From a virus (Duplodnaviria; Caudoviricetes), in IMG/VR virus record IMGVR_UViG_3300006735_000038, positions 1-57,074 of that record: a stretch of 57,074 nt of DNA; one strand, given 5' to 3'. Position numbers and translations under genes: made by a program. Of this stretch, positions 17,914-28,800 are shown in pieces (positions within the stretch are counted from its first letter, which is position 1; each line of letters starts with the position of its first letter). Under the pieces are notes generated by a model. It was not told the origin of the DNA. It was given only the letters and a program-made list of their open reading frames with translations, and ran no database searches.

Positions 17914-18636
17914 TTATTTTGACAACTCTGCAATTGTTCGAGCCATATCTAAACGACCCGAAAAAAGTAAAAACAATCCTGCTGATTCACGATTGATACT
18001 TACAAAAGCTTTTCCATTTTTACTAATAGTTGTTGACATCAATCCAATCTCGCACATCTTGCGAATAAAATCAATATACTCTAATTCTGTTTTAAACAAC
18101 AACTCTTTAGCAGTTGTATACAGCATCAGATTACTTATAGTATCAACCAATGTTTCTTTTGTCAACATGATTTCTAATATTGCTACCGCAGCAAACTCCC
18201 AATGACCAAACAATGCCAACGTGGGACGAATAAGGGGATCGGCTAATATAGACTTTTTATTAGAAGATAAACACACTGCTGCATCCAAAGCAAAGTCTGC
18301 TTCATCATGTATAGCCAAAAATAGCACTGAGTTGTCTTGCAAAGTGAGCTTTTGAATAGACTGCCCTGTCTTGTAGCAGTCAATCAAGCAGAACTCACTG
18401 GCAGTAGCAAGAAGCATATCAGTTTGATCGAACGTGTACGTCTGACTGCTAGCATTAGCAACCGAGTGAAAGAGTAAAGACAAATCTACTGGAGAGTTTT
18501 TTATCTTACCACGCTCAGACACAATATACTTAATTGATGTTAGTATGCCTTGTATATATTTTTCATCGATAGAACACAGAACTCTTACATCATCAGCCGA
18601 CCAAACGTTTAAGTCGTTATCATCAAAAAAGTCCAT
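17914..18636 (-). CDS. Hypothetical protein
   Basis: 240-aa ORF; TATAAT lies 7 nt upstream of the ATG (leaderless). Confidence 0.65.
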   Translation of the reverse strand: MDFFDDNDLNVWSADDVRVLCSIDEKYIQGILTSIKYIVSERGKIKNSPVDLSLLFHSVANASSQTYTFDQTDMLLATASEFCLIDCYKTGQSIQKLTLQDNSVLFLAIHDEADFALDAAVCLSSNKKSILADPLIRPTLALFGHWEFAAVAILEIMLTKETLVDTISNLMLYTTAKELLFKTELEYIDFIRKMCEIGLMSTTISKNGKAFVSINRESAGLFLLFSGRLDMARTIAELSK

Positions 18637-18649
18637 GATGCTTATTATA

Positions 18650-18685
18650 CAACAAGAAGCCCCCGACCACTAGGGCCGGGGGCTT
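18650..18685 (-). terminator. Intrinsic terminator after major capsid gene
   Basis: Minus strand AAGCCCCCGGCC-CTAGT-GGTCGGGGGCTT stem followed by CTTGTTG. Confidence 0.75.
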
Positions 18686-18739
18686 AAGTTTTTATTCGTT
18701 ATGTCTCTAAGACTTAACTCTATCCTATTCCGTTATGGT

Positions 18740-20029
18740 TTAGGATGGAGCCGCATCGAAGGTGACTTTTACGAATGACTCTGGTCGCTTAACAGCGAGA
18801 GCTATTCTTTCTTCAGCAAGGATCACAATTGCGTTCCTTACGAAGAAGTCTGAATGCTGCTCCGAAATTCGGATTGTTGCAGCCTCTCGGTCATACAGTT
18901 GAGCACCTGTACCAAAGGCACCAATCAAAGCAGTACCAGAAGCGATGGCAGGAGTATCAATGACTGGAATTCTCCAGACTCTGGACTCTGCGCCACCTGC
19001 TACTGACATAGCAAGAAGGTAGGTACCTTGAGTGTTCTTGGTAAGTTCAATGTCTTCCCAGTCATTTGGGTTAACAATGATACCAGTTGGCTCATAGTAT
19101 GCAAGGTATGATAGCGTTGCTGCACGACGGATTGCATCAGCTTTGGTATCAGCAACCGGAGTTGTTGAACCAGCAGACCATGAATAGGTTTGGATGCCTG
19201 TCGTGTTTAGAATACCTGTAAGGTCTTCACCAGTACCAGCACCTGAAAGGATTTGGTTATCTTCTGTTAGTCGCAGACCATAAAGAAGTTCGTTGTCAAC
19301 GATGGACCGAAGTTGCGGTTCATCAGCAAGAACGTTACGGTGTGCAGCTTCCCAGTGAGCAATCGTCCGAACTGGAGCCTGCTCGCCTTTGAAAGTCATT
19401 GTTGACTGTGGCTTGGCACCAAATGCGCTGGACGAATACTCAGGAACAACAGAAGCGTTGTTCGTGAAACCTGTTTGACGGAAGTATTCAATGATTGCAG
19501 CGTTTGTGCTACGTGCTGGGAAAAGATCCCGCACACGGCTTCGACGCTGAGCGATAGGAACAATCCCATCACGCTCAACCGCACCAAATTGGCCCGGAGT
19601 TCCAGTAGGAAGACCTGAGTAGATATCTTTCTGCTCTAGGCTCTTTGTTTGGAACGGAGCAACCATGTTAGCACCATTTTTGCCTCCCTGAAGGGATTTA
19701 AATTCTGGTGAATTTAGGAAAGCCTCACCTACTGAACCGAAGTGTGACTTAACTTCCGCTTCAACACCAGCTGCAACTTCAGCTGCAACTGATTTGTATT
19801 CAGCTTCGCTTGACCATGATTCAACATCTCGAAGAGTTTCGATATCTTGAATATAGCTTTTAATTTCGCGAATATCTGACATATTCTTTTGGAAGGCGTC
19901 TTTTTGACCATCTTCCACTACAAGGGTTTCCCCCTCCATTTTAATCGAATCAGCGATCTCTTGCTGCTCTGCCATTTTGGCTTGTAGAGCACCTTTGAGT
20001 TCGTCGAGCCGACTCTCATCAAAGCTCAT
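18740..20029 (-). CDS. Major capsid protein, HK97 fold with N-terminal delta (scaffold) domain
   Basis: Coiled-coil N-terminus; VRDLF, VRTIAHW..LADEPQLRSIVDNELLYGL..EDNQILSG.G.G..LTGIL; FVRNAIVILAEERIALAVKRPESFV. Confidence 0.95.
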   Translation of the reverse strand: MSFDESRLDELKGALQAKMAEQQEIADSIKMEGETLVVEDGQKDAFQKNMSDIREIKSYIQDIETLRDVESWSSEAEYKSVAAEVAAGVEAEVKSHFGSVGEAFLNSPEFKSLQGGKNGANMVAPFQTKSLEQKDIYSGLPTGTPGQFGAVERDGIVPIAQRRSRVRDLFPARSTNAAIIEYFRQTGFTNNASVVPEYSSSAFGAKPQSTMTFKGEQAPVRTIAHWEAAHRNVLADEPQLRSIVDNELLYGLRLTEDNQILSGAGTGEDLTGILNTTGIQTYSWSAGSTTPVADTKADAIRRAATLSYLAYYEPTGIIVNPNDWEDIELTKNTQGTYLLAMSVAGGAESRVWRIPVIDTPAIASGTALIGAFGTGAQLYDREAATIRISEQHSDFFVRNAIVILAEERIALAVKRPESFVKVTFDAAPS

Positions 20030-20176
20030 GTGTAATCTCCTTAAAAATAGTTAACATGTTCTATAATGACAGGCGGCCCACTTTGACATGAGTTACACCA
20101 GTCAATTATTATGCTACCAGCACATTAAAGGTATCTACAGAAACTTTTACAATAATATCTTTCATGTATATACTTT

Positions 20177-21727
20177 TTACTTCCGAGTGCTTCTCCTGTG
20201 CTTCTTGGGAAGTAAGTCATTATCAGTTGTGTATTTCGAATTCTTAGGTTTGCCAGAAGAAACTAAATGAAGGAAAGCATTAACACGGCCCATAGCCCAC
20301 TGCTGTCTGCCCATTTTTGGTCGGTGAGTTGCTGAAAAAGCGCCTGCCCCTCTACGCCAAACTGAACGCAGCATTCCTTGAGTAACTCTCAACTCCGGCT
20401 TGCCTCGTTTCTTCATCTTCTCATTATGCTCTTTAACCTTAGCTGCTAACGATTTATCTATCTGAGCAGATAACTTAATCTTACCTCTCGTATTCGATGC
20501 ACTGCCGGGTTTATTAGCTCGTGACCCTCTTATTCTCTCAGAAGGTTTTGCAGGGGTTTTGGGATCATTAGGACCATACTTTTTAGCTTTAACCGATATG
20601 TCCTCTGTAAACTCACTTTTGGTTCGCTTCTTCCAATTGTCAGGAATCTCTTCTAGTCGTCCAAGCTGTCTCGCCCTTTTCATAATATGTCTTTTGGCTG
20701 CTGCACGATTCTTACCTAAACCAAAAGCCTGTATCGCATTCCTTAAATCACCAACATCTCGTATAGGAAAAGATCCATCAGGTAAGGCCCAACCTCGTTT
20801 AGCATATTCGGTACGGCGCTTTCTTGTATAGAATCGCTTTTCTTCAAAATCAGAAAAATCTTTTTTCTCTGAACCCTCAACTCTCCTAACAATATTTTTA
20901 GCCCATGTATAACCTTCGTCCCCTGCCCAAAGAGCGTGCGCAATCCTGCCGTTCGATGGATATCCTTTTTCTCCCGGCCTGAAACCTTCAGCTTTTGCAT
21001 CGACTTGGTGCCTGTCAAAAAAGGCTTTCATTCTTTTAACTGTTTTATAGGGCAAGTTTTTTCCGTTAGATATATCTCTGGCTCGAGCTATACCTACACC
21101 TGTTCCTCCCCTACCAAATTCGCTTCTCCAAGCAAGCCCTCTTTTTGCTTCCCTAATCATGCCTGCAGTTGGTTTAAACGAATCTGATTTAGTGACAGAC
21201 TTCCCAGATACAAGCCCTCCGCCGGGTAAAGTTTCAATTCCTCTAGGACCTCTTTCACGTAAGCTATCCCAAACTCTTCGATTATTCACAATACGGCGTG
21301 TAGGCCGTTGCATTCTTAAAACTGTCGAGCCTCCAACAGCGGAGTGAGCTTTAGCGGCATTGTATATTTCTGGAGTGGCACAAGGTAGCCACACACCTTG
21401 CCTAACCATGTGTGCGCCGGAGCAACCTAATCTAACGCCAGCTTTTTCAGCTAGCTCTCTAGTTGCAAAAGTTTTTTTAGTACCACCACTCGCTTTAAGT
21501 TCCATTATATCACTTATAGCTTTTCTATTTTTTTGCTTTTTCTTCCACTCTCTAAAAGCAGGATTACCTAATTCAATAAGCTTCATTAAATCTTTCTCAG
21601 ACTCACACGGACCCCAAAAGTCACCCTTCTTGTGAGCACCAGAACAACCTAATAGTTTGGAAACGTTTTCTGCAGATTCTTTTGTCGGTAAAGTTTGATC
21701 TGCTATAGGGTCTTTTTCTTTAGCCAT
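20177..21727 (-). CDS. Basic multi-module head-associated protein (2x GCxGxH..PC module, PDGSFPI module, DUF5824-like C-terminus)
   Basis: LGCSGAH..W.PC twice; GGTGVGIARAR..RMKAFFDRH..IAHALWAGD; ALPDGSFPI..DL.NAI..HIMKRA; VWRRGAGAF..HRP..QWAMGRVNAF. Confidence 0.7.
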   Translation of the reverse strand: MAKEKDPIADQTLPTKESAENVSKLLGCSGAHKKGDFWGPCESEKDLMKLIELGNPAFREWKKKQKNRKAISDIMELKASGGTKKTFATRELAEKAGVRLGCSGAHMVRQGVWLPCATPEIYNAAKAHSAVGGSTVLRMQRPTRRIVNNRRVWDSLRERGPRGIETLPGGGLVSGKSVTKSDSFKPTAGMIREAKRGLAWRSEFGRGGTGVGIARARDISNGKNLPYKTVKRMKAFFDRHQVDAKAEGFRPGEKGYPSNGRIAHALWAGDEGYTWAKNIVRRVEGSEKKDFSDFEEKRFYTRKRRTEYAKRGWALPDGSFPIRDVGDLRNAIQAFGLGKNRAAAKRHIMKRARQLGRLEEIPDNWKKRTKSEFTEDISVKAKKYGPNDPKTPAKPSERIRGSRANKPGSASNTRGKIKLSAQIDKSLAAKVKEHNEKMKKRGKPELRVTQGMLRSVWRRGAGAFSATHRPKMGRQQWAMGRVNAFLHLVSSGKPKNSKYTTDNDLLPKKHRRSTRK

Positions 21728-22412
21728 CGCTCTCTTCTAACTCTCTTCTCAAATTTTCAAAATCTTCTAAGTCCGCAGAAATATCTGTGTACACTGTATT
21801 TATTCTATCTTGAACATCCTCAGTAGATGTCATGGTATTTGATAATCTTTCCGAAGCGTTTTCATACACGCCTCTAGGAATTTGGATTAAAACATCTTCA
21901 ATTAACTGTCTATCCCGTGTTAAAGATGCTTCATACAATAAACCAAAAACATTATAGGCAACTTCAGGAGAGTAAACAGCATCATCTTCCTCATCATAAA
22001 TGTTAAGGTCTACACCATCAACACGTAACCTTCCAAGCATTATTATTCTATCTAATTCACGAAATGTTAGCAAGTCAGGAAAGCGAACAGGAAACATGGC
22101 TATAAATGTATTCACCTCTTCAATGGGAATTCTCTTAATCTCTTCCATTCTCCCATCAGATACTTCGTTGTATTCATCTATTTCCCGTATACCTCTTTCA
22201 AAGGAGTTCTTATTTATTTTTTTCGTAGTTGGAAAGAACCTTTTTAAAAATGCTAAGTCAGGTTGAAATGATATAGCATTTTGTTCGTAACGCACAATTG
22301 CATCTTTAAAAGTGTCTGCTTGTTTGCGCCAAGGTCCTTTTGAAAAAATGGCTACTTTACCTGAGTTATTTATAGAGGCTAGCATTCCTTCACCTAATTT
22401 AAAATACTTCAT
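21720..22412 (-). CDS. Hypothetical protein (possible immunity or accessory partner)
   Basis: 230 aa, overlapping both neighbours, second gene downstream of the kinase-tipped giant ORF. Confidence 0.6.
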   Translation of the reverse strand: MKYFKLGEGMLASINNSGKVAIFSKGPWRKQADTFKDAIVRYEQNAISFQPDLAFLKRFFPTTKKINKNSFERGIREIDEYNEVSDGRMEEIKRIPIEEVNTFIAMFPVRFPDLLTFRELDRIIMLGRLRVDGVDLNIYDEEDDAVYSPEVAYNVFGLLYEASLTRDRQLIEDVLIQIPRGVYENASERLSNTMTSTEDVQDRINTVYTDISADLEDFENLRRELEESDG

Positions 22413-22810
22413 TCTTTGCCTCCAACTTGGTAGCCAGTTTGATCTTTGAACAATTCAAATTCAGCTAAGTCATCAGCAAAACCACCAGACTCCCTTAAAG
22501 TTACCGAGTCCATATTAGGTATGTCTAACTTTATGTCTTCAATAATGTCACCATCAAATGTTATTGGATTGTTTTCATTATCTAACTCTACAGCAGCAAG
22601 AGTACTACTATTATCTAAAATTTGATTTAAATACTTAGGGTACTCATCAAAGACTTCTCTGTATCTTTCAATCCGTTGATTCAATAGGCTTGCATCGCCA
22701 GCGCTAAAGCCTTGTTCAGAAATAACAGTTCCATCATCGTTAAAATTAAGAAATGCTCTTACACGCTGTGGAGATACATCAAACTGATTTATTATTGCAA
22801 ATCTATTCAT
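22409..22810 (-). CDS. Hypothetical acidic protein (possible immunity partner)
   Basis: 133 aa; start overlaps the stop of the 3,497-aa ORF. Confidence 0.6.
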   Translation of the reverse strand: MNRFAIINQFDVSPQRVRAFLNFNDDGTVISEQGFSAGDASLLNQRIERYREVFDEYPKYLNQILDNSSTLAAVELDNENNPITFDGDIIEDIKLDIPNMDSVTLRESGGFADDLAEFELFKDQTGYQVGGKE

Positions 22811-25800
22811 CGTTGACCACCTCGTCGAATGGCGCTTGAATTGTTTCGTAAGCTTCTTCTAACAATTTAATTATATCTTCTCTACTGGCTTGTTGCAACC
22901 ATCGGCGTCGTTCTTGAAACGCTCTTCGGACGTCAATAACTGCATCACCTAAGTCACCGAACTCTCCCATCTGACGATCTATAGTACCGAAATTTCTTTC
23001 TATATCAAGTATAGATTCATCATCAATAGTATTACCTAACTGTGCGACTTGTGAAAGAATGTCATCAACTACAGAGTTTAACTTTGATTTATCAATCTTT
23101 ATTTCAGACGTGTCTTTTCCTCTTACAGAATCTTTACCAAGAACTTTAGCTAATCCCATCCTCCTTAAGTTAGGAGTAGTATCAAAGGTATCCATTAAAT
23201 GCGCAACAATTATTTTCTTTAATTGCTCCCGCCCGTCCTCTTCTATACGTATAATTTTACTTTCATCAGGAACAGTAGGTCCCATATAGGTAATTCCTAT
23301 CTTTCCATCTACTGCTCTACTGGTCCTAGAATAAACACCTCGTCCAGCATCTATAGGCAACAATGATACAGTTCCATCTGGATTTCTCTTAATAAACAAA
23401 TTGCCAGCATTCCTATCAGAGTTATTAATGACACCATCAAGTAACAACAACCTTACAATATCTGCAGGATCAACAGACCCTAGCAACTCTACATATTGAG
23501 CATCAGTTGGACTTGGAGGCAGCCCTCCATTAAATTCATCATTTAAGGGAACAATATCAGGCCCATGAATATTTTGAAGAGGCTCAATAATTACTGCATT
23601 TCGTATGTTGTTGATATCCCCTGCTGATATCACGGCACCAACTTCAAAACCAAGTGCGTTAGCCATTGCTGCACCCAACGCTTCATTAGTGCCACCATTT
23701 TCCTCAGTGTTCTCACCACCGCCAAAAGCTGGATGATCAAACGTAGCTCCACCATCTCCAACAGGGCTATACTTAGTAATATACTTTTTACCAGTTTCTT
23801 TATCTTCAAACAAAACAGTATTATTACCGCTTACAAGACCCGTTCTAAAGAAACGGCTATCATCGCCACGGTCCTCCGAAGAGTTTAAAACAAAGAAATC
23901 AAACAAAAAATCTTGCTTGATTTTATCAAGAGGCGTGTCACTAGGAATATCAGCTGGAGTCAAAGGATCATTAGGACCTGCAGTAGACGGGCCTGTTGTT
24001 CTTAACTGACCACGGTCTTGGAGAGTACTTGTATTCACAGTCCCTGTAAACACCACTGCACCATACGCATCCTTTTTAAACGCTCTACCAGTGGTAGGAC
24101 TTTCAGTAACACTCTGCCTACCACTGAGTATCTTTGAAATTTCCGAGGCGGTTCTATCAGAAGGCAAAGGGGAATCAGGCGATGAAAGAGGATTAACTCC
24201 AGTTAGATCCCGATTCCCATACACAAGGAATGCTGAATCAGGCAAATCTAAAGGTAGATCAAGAATAGGATCATCAACAGTTCCTAAATTCTCAATTTCA
24301 ATGTCTGGGTTTTGCTCAATTACTTGTTTCAACTTTGCAGAATCAAAAACATTCTGAGAGAAAAATACAAAAGCTGCAGTATTTTTTCCTTCACCACTTG
24401 GATCAAGTGTCCTAATATAGTCAACATGCTGTGGCCTGTTAACAGATGGGCCAAAATTAGCCATTGCTTTTATAGCCTTAGCCCTAGAAATATTCCCAGT
24501 TATTAAGGCTGCATGCTTTTCATCAGGAGTAGTATCAATACCTGCATCACGTTTAGTGAAAAATGCTATAGCCAAGTCAGCTACTTGATTCATCTCCCTG
24601 TCAAGCGAATCTAACGTAGCAGTGTCAGGAGTTATTACCCCTGCTCTAGCCCATGCTGCAGACCCGTCAAGACTTGCACCCATTGTCCACTTATCAACAC
24701 CAAGTGCATCATAGAACAGCATAGCATTGTCATTCATTACCCTTGAAAGACCTGAACCTCGTGCATCCACTACTATAGGGTCACCATTGACAGGGGTAAA
24801 AGTTGCCTTACCCGCAAAAAATCCAGCATGAGTAGCTTCGCTGGTGCCTCCACTACTCGTAATTTGTCTCTTAAAATTACCTCTATTAAGAGCTGGCCCC
24901 TGAGTACGGGCCCCTTTAATAGCAAAATTATTTAACAAATCCTGACCTTCAGGAGAAAACGCCCCTAGCTCATTAACTTGTTCAAGAACATCGCTTGGAA
25001 CCAAATAATGGGTGAATTCTCCATCAATAGTAATACTATAACCGCCAGACGCTGGAATCTTTGCTCCACCAGCATCATAAACTTCTGGCTTAGTAACTAA
25101 CGTATACTGTTTTAATCCTTCTCCAAAATCTGCTTCAACAGTTTTGTTCAAGGGAATGTAAATTCCTGATAAACCAAAATTATCTTTAAAAGTTTTAATA
25201 GACTCATTATCTACTGTAGAAGGCTCTGGATCTACGCTTATACTTGGTCGAGGCGGCGTTATCCCAGTTGTAAGATCAGGAGGAGCCCACGGCGTTATAC
25301 CACGCTCAATATCGCCACCCCAAATATTTACTGCTTGAGAAGCTACACGTGCTTCCGTTGCAGTATCTAGCTGGTTACGTGCATTATCAGCTGATTCTTC
25401 TCCCCATACATTTGGGACTTCAGCTTTACTAGCTACCCTACCCCTTGCTCTTGCTTTAGCAAAAGAATTCCTGATCCTCAAATTTCTCCTACTTCGTATA
25501 CGTAGTTCTCTATCCACTTCCCCTGAAAAGTATGCAATATTACCATTAAAACGAAAAACGTTTGGGGCAATTTCGCCTCTAGCCTCGTATCCCTTAGGAT
25601 TGCTAATTGGGGATGAAAGCGTACCCCGAAGTGATATAATCTCATCATTTAATTGCTTTATATGTTGTAAATTAAGTCTTTCTCCTTTGAGATTCTGCCT
25701 AAACCATTCTGCCATAGGGCCATCAAGCTCACCATTATGAAACTGTTCCTCTAATGCGTACAAGTCATCAATAAACTTTTTGGCTTTATCACTCATGGGG

Positions 25801-28800
25801 CCGAAAGAGGATGTGTCGGGTGCATCTGTCCATATTTCGTCACTATCATCAAAAACTGTAGATGATAAAAATTGAGTATCCCCTATTATGCCAAGATCCT
25901 TTAAAGTAATTCCATAAGCCTCAAGTCTAGCATAAATGGCTTCCAACATGTCATCGTCCAAAAAGTCATCTTCAATGACACCAGAATCAATACCAAACAC
26001 TTCATCAGGAAAACCTGCACCAGTCTCCCCGTCAAATTCCCTTAGACTAAGTATGATACTACGTCGGCTTTCGTACCCTTCAAGCAAATATGCTAATGCC
26101 ATTTTCTGCAGACCCTCTTTCACTTCTGATTCATCAGGAGTCCGTAAATCAATTCCCAAAAGCTCCAGTATCGGTGAATTATTAGGATCATCCCCAACAA
26201 CTCCTCTTATTTGATCATTACGAAGTTTTATAGCAATTGCAATATCATCAGATATTGCAGGACGCAAAATATTTCTAGCCCTTTCAAGATCTCCTACTAC
26301 CCATGCTTCAAGAGCCATATCAACCCTAGCTGTCATTGGTTCTGTCCGTTGGCTGACTCCAGAAATAGGATTTAGCAAATCCACAGTAAAAGCATTTGTA
26401 CTCTTTTCAATTGGCCTACCATCAACACCTCGTCTATTAATGACGCCCAAGTCTTTCTGAAGGTTATCTATAACGCCAAGAGCATTTAGTAAATTATCAC
26501 TAACCCCATCAGCGTCTAATTGCTCTAAAAGTATTTGTTTCATTCTAGGTAAGTCCCTTTGCGCGACACCTAATTCTGCAAGGGTTATGAACTGATAATT
26601 CTCAAAATCTCCCAGACTTAATGCAGCTATCGCCAGTTTTCTATCTATCTCTAATTCTAGATTCTTAAGTTGCCTAGTTAGTCTTTCTCTAGTCGCTGGC
26701 TGTATAAAAGGATCATCATTTAGCTCAGTGCCATATAAAAGGCGATCTATTTTTGCAGCAGCATCTCTAAGACCTTCAATTGACATATCTCCCATACTGC
26801 GTGGAGCTAAAGTAGCCGAAACATACTCTGGAAGTTCCGGTTGCCTAGCGTAAGGTGATCTTGTGACTAGGTTTCTGCCCGCCTCAGGTATTGCGATTTC
26901 TAGAAGAGCGTCTGTCAATGGAAGGTATCTGTCCGTCTGATACAGCCAAGAGTTACCAACTATATCTCTATCTACGTTAATTTCAAAAAACGCTTTATCC
27001 ATTTTTCGCCTGTTAAGACGTTCCGCACCAGTTAAATCTCTTGAGGACATGCCTTTTAACCGCTCATATGCTGAATGAAACTCTTTTATTTCCTCATTTG
27101 TTAAAGTCGATAAGAATCCTGATATGTCTAATGATCTATGTGTTCTGATAGAACCAATTCCAAGATTTTCATTATCTTGACCAGTCATTCTTCTGATGTA
27201 AGTATCAAAAATATTTCCAGCTTCAGCAATTGATATAAGATTGCCAAGCCTTTCAGCGCCTAAAGTTCTTAAAGTTTCTGGCGCAATAGCTCTAGCCCAA
27301 CCTGTATCTATAGGGTCTAAATCATCTAAGTCATCTAAGTCATCTCTGTACCTTATAGCGTCAAGAAGGCCTCTAAGAGAATGCACTCTTGGGTCTACTT
27401 GATGTGCAAACCCAAAATTAATACCAGTTCCCTCAATGTCATACGAGGAAGGAGATCCAATTTCTCTTATAGCACTCTCACCAATTAACTGATTTTCGTT
27501 GATCTCTAAAGCTAATTCATCAAGCATATTAGAAATTTTACTCAACCGTCGATAACGTATAGTATTTCGCTGCGTTTCTTCAGCTAGAATGCTTTTCATA
27601 TTTAATCGCATTGTATCTAGCTCTTTGGAAGTCATCTTAGCATAAACTATTGTTCTTAGTTTATCAATAAGCTCCGCCTCAGGAAGTTGACCTAATCCAA
27701 AACGATTTTCAATATTGGGATTATGGGTTAGTATCTTTTCAGCGATACCGTCAGTTTCTTGCTCAAAAATATTAATAACATCCCTAGTGGTTTCTTCAAC
27801 AGTTCTTCTAGCTATTTCCTCATTTACAAGTCTTTTAAAAATATCAAAATCCCTAAGAGGAGGATTACTGGTAAAACCAATATCCAAAGCAGCCATAGTA
27901 GTATCAGAAAAATCAATTTCACGAGTTTCCCCATCAGACATTACTAAAGAAAATACAGTGTTAGTAGGGTCCTCTAAAGCCCTTCTTTCAAAACCTTCAA
28001 GCTGATAAGCTAAGTTTAATATGTTTTGGCGATCTTCAGGATTACTAAAAGAAAGATCAGACTCTCTAACTAATTCAGATAGGATCGCTTGTGCAGGGGC
28101 AGACCCGCCTCTTTCCCTTACTCGAGTTGGAAGCAAGTTACCAGCAGAATTAGTAAAAAACAATTCTTCCAAAGCATCCGCTAAACTATTTAACTGCTCT
28201 GAATCTAACCGATTTAAATTTTCCTTTATCTTTGATTGCACTGTTGGATTATCTATATTAACGTTCTGGACGCTTAATAAACGATCAACAACTGAATCTT
28301 CACCACCCAAAATAATATCTAATAATTTTCTTTTATCGTCAGAAAGATTTACAGTTTCCCCATCCCTATCAATAAACTCTATATTTAAATCAAACGGCCT
28401 TAAGCTTTCAAATAGTGCTTGGGAATAAGGCACAGATCCAATATCCAGTTTCTCTTGGATTCTTTCACTAAATTGACTTTCTTTTCGGTATTTTGCAAGC
28501 AATGAACCTGCCAATAGTTTTTGATTAATCTTTTCAAAAGTATCTATATTAGACACTGAAGTAAACTCTTCATCGGTATTAGATGGTAGAAAACGAGTTA
28601 TGTCGTCTTGCCACGCAAAAACAGACCCCTCTATGTCTATAAGGAAATTAATATAGTTATCTAACTCTTCCAAACTTAAATCAGAGTTTTCCAGTTTATC
28701 CGCTATTTCTGAAGGTTGAATATCAGGCGTATTTTCATACGGGTAAACATCTTTTTCTCCACCAAAAATAGCACGTGTTACCTTGAGAGCCGTCACAGAG

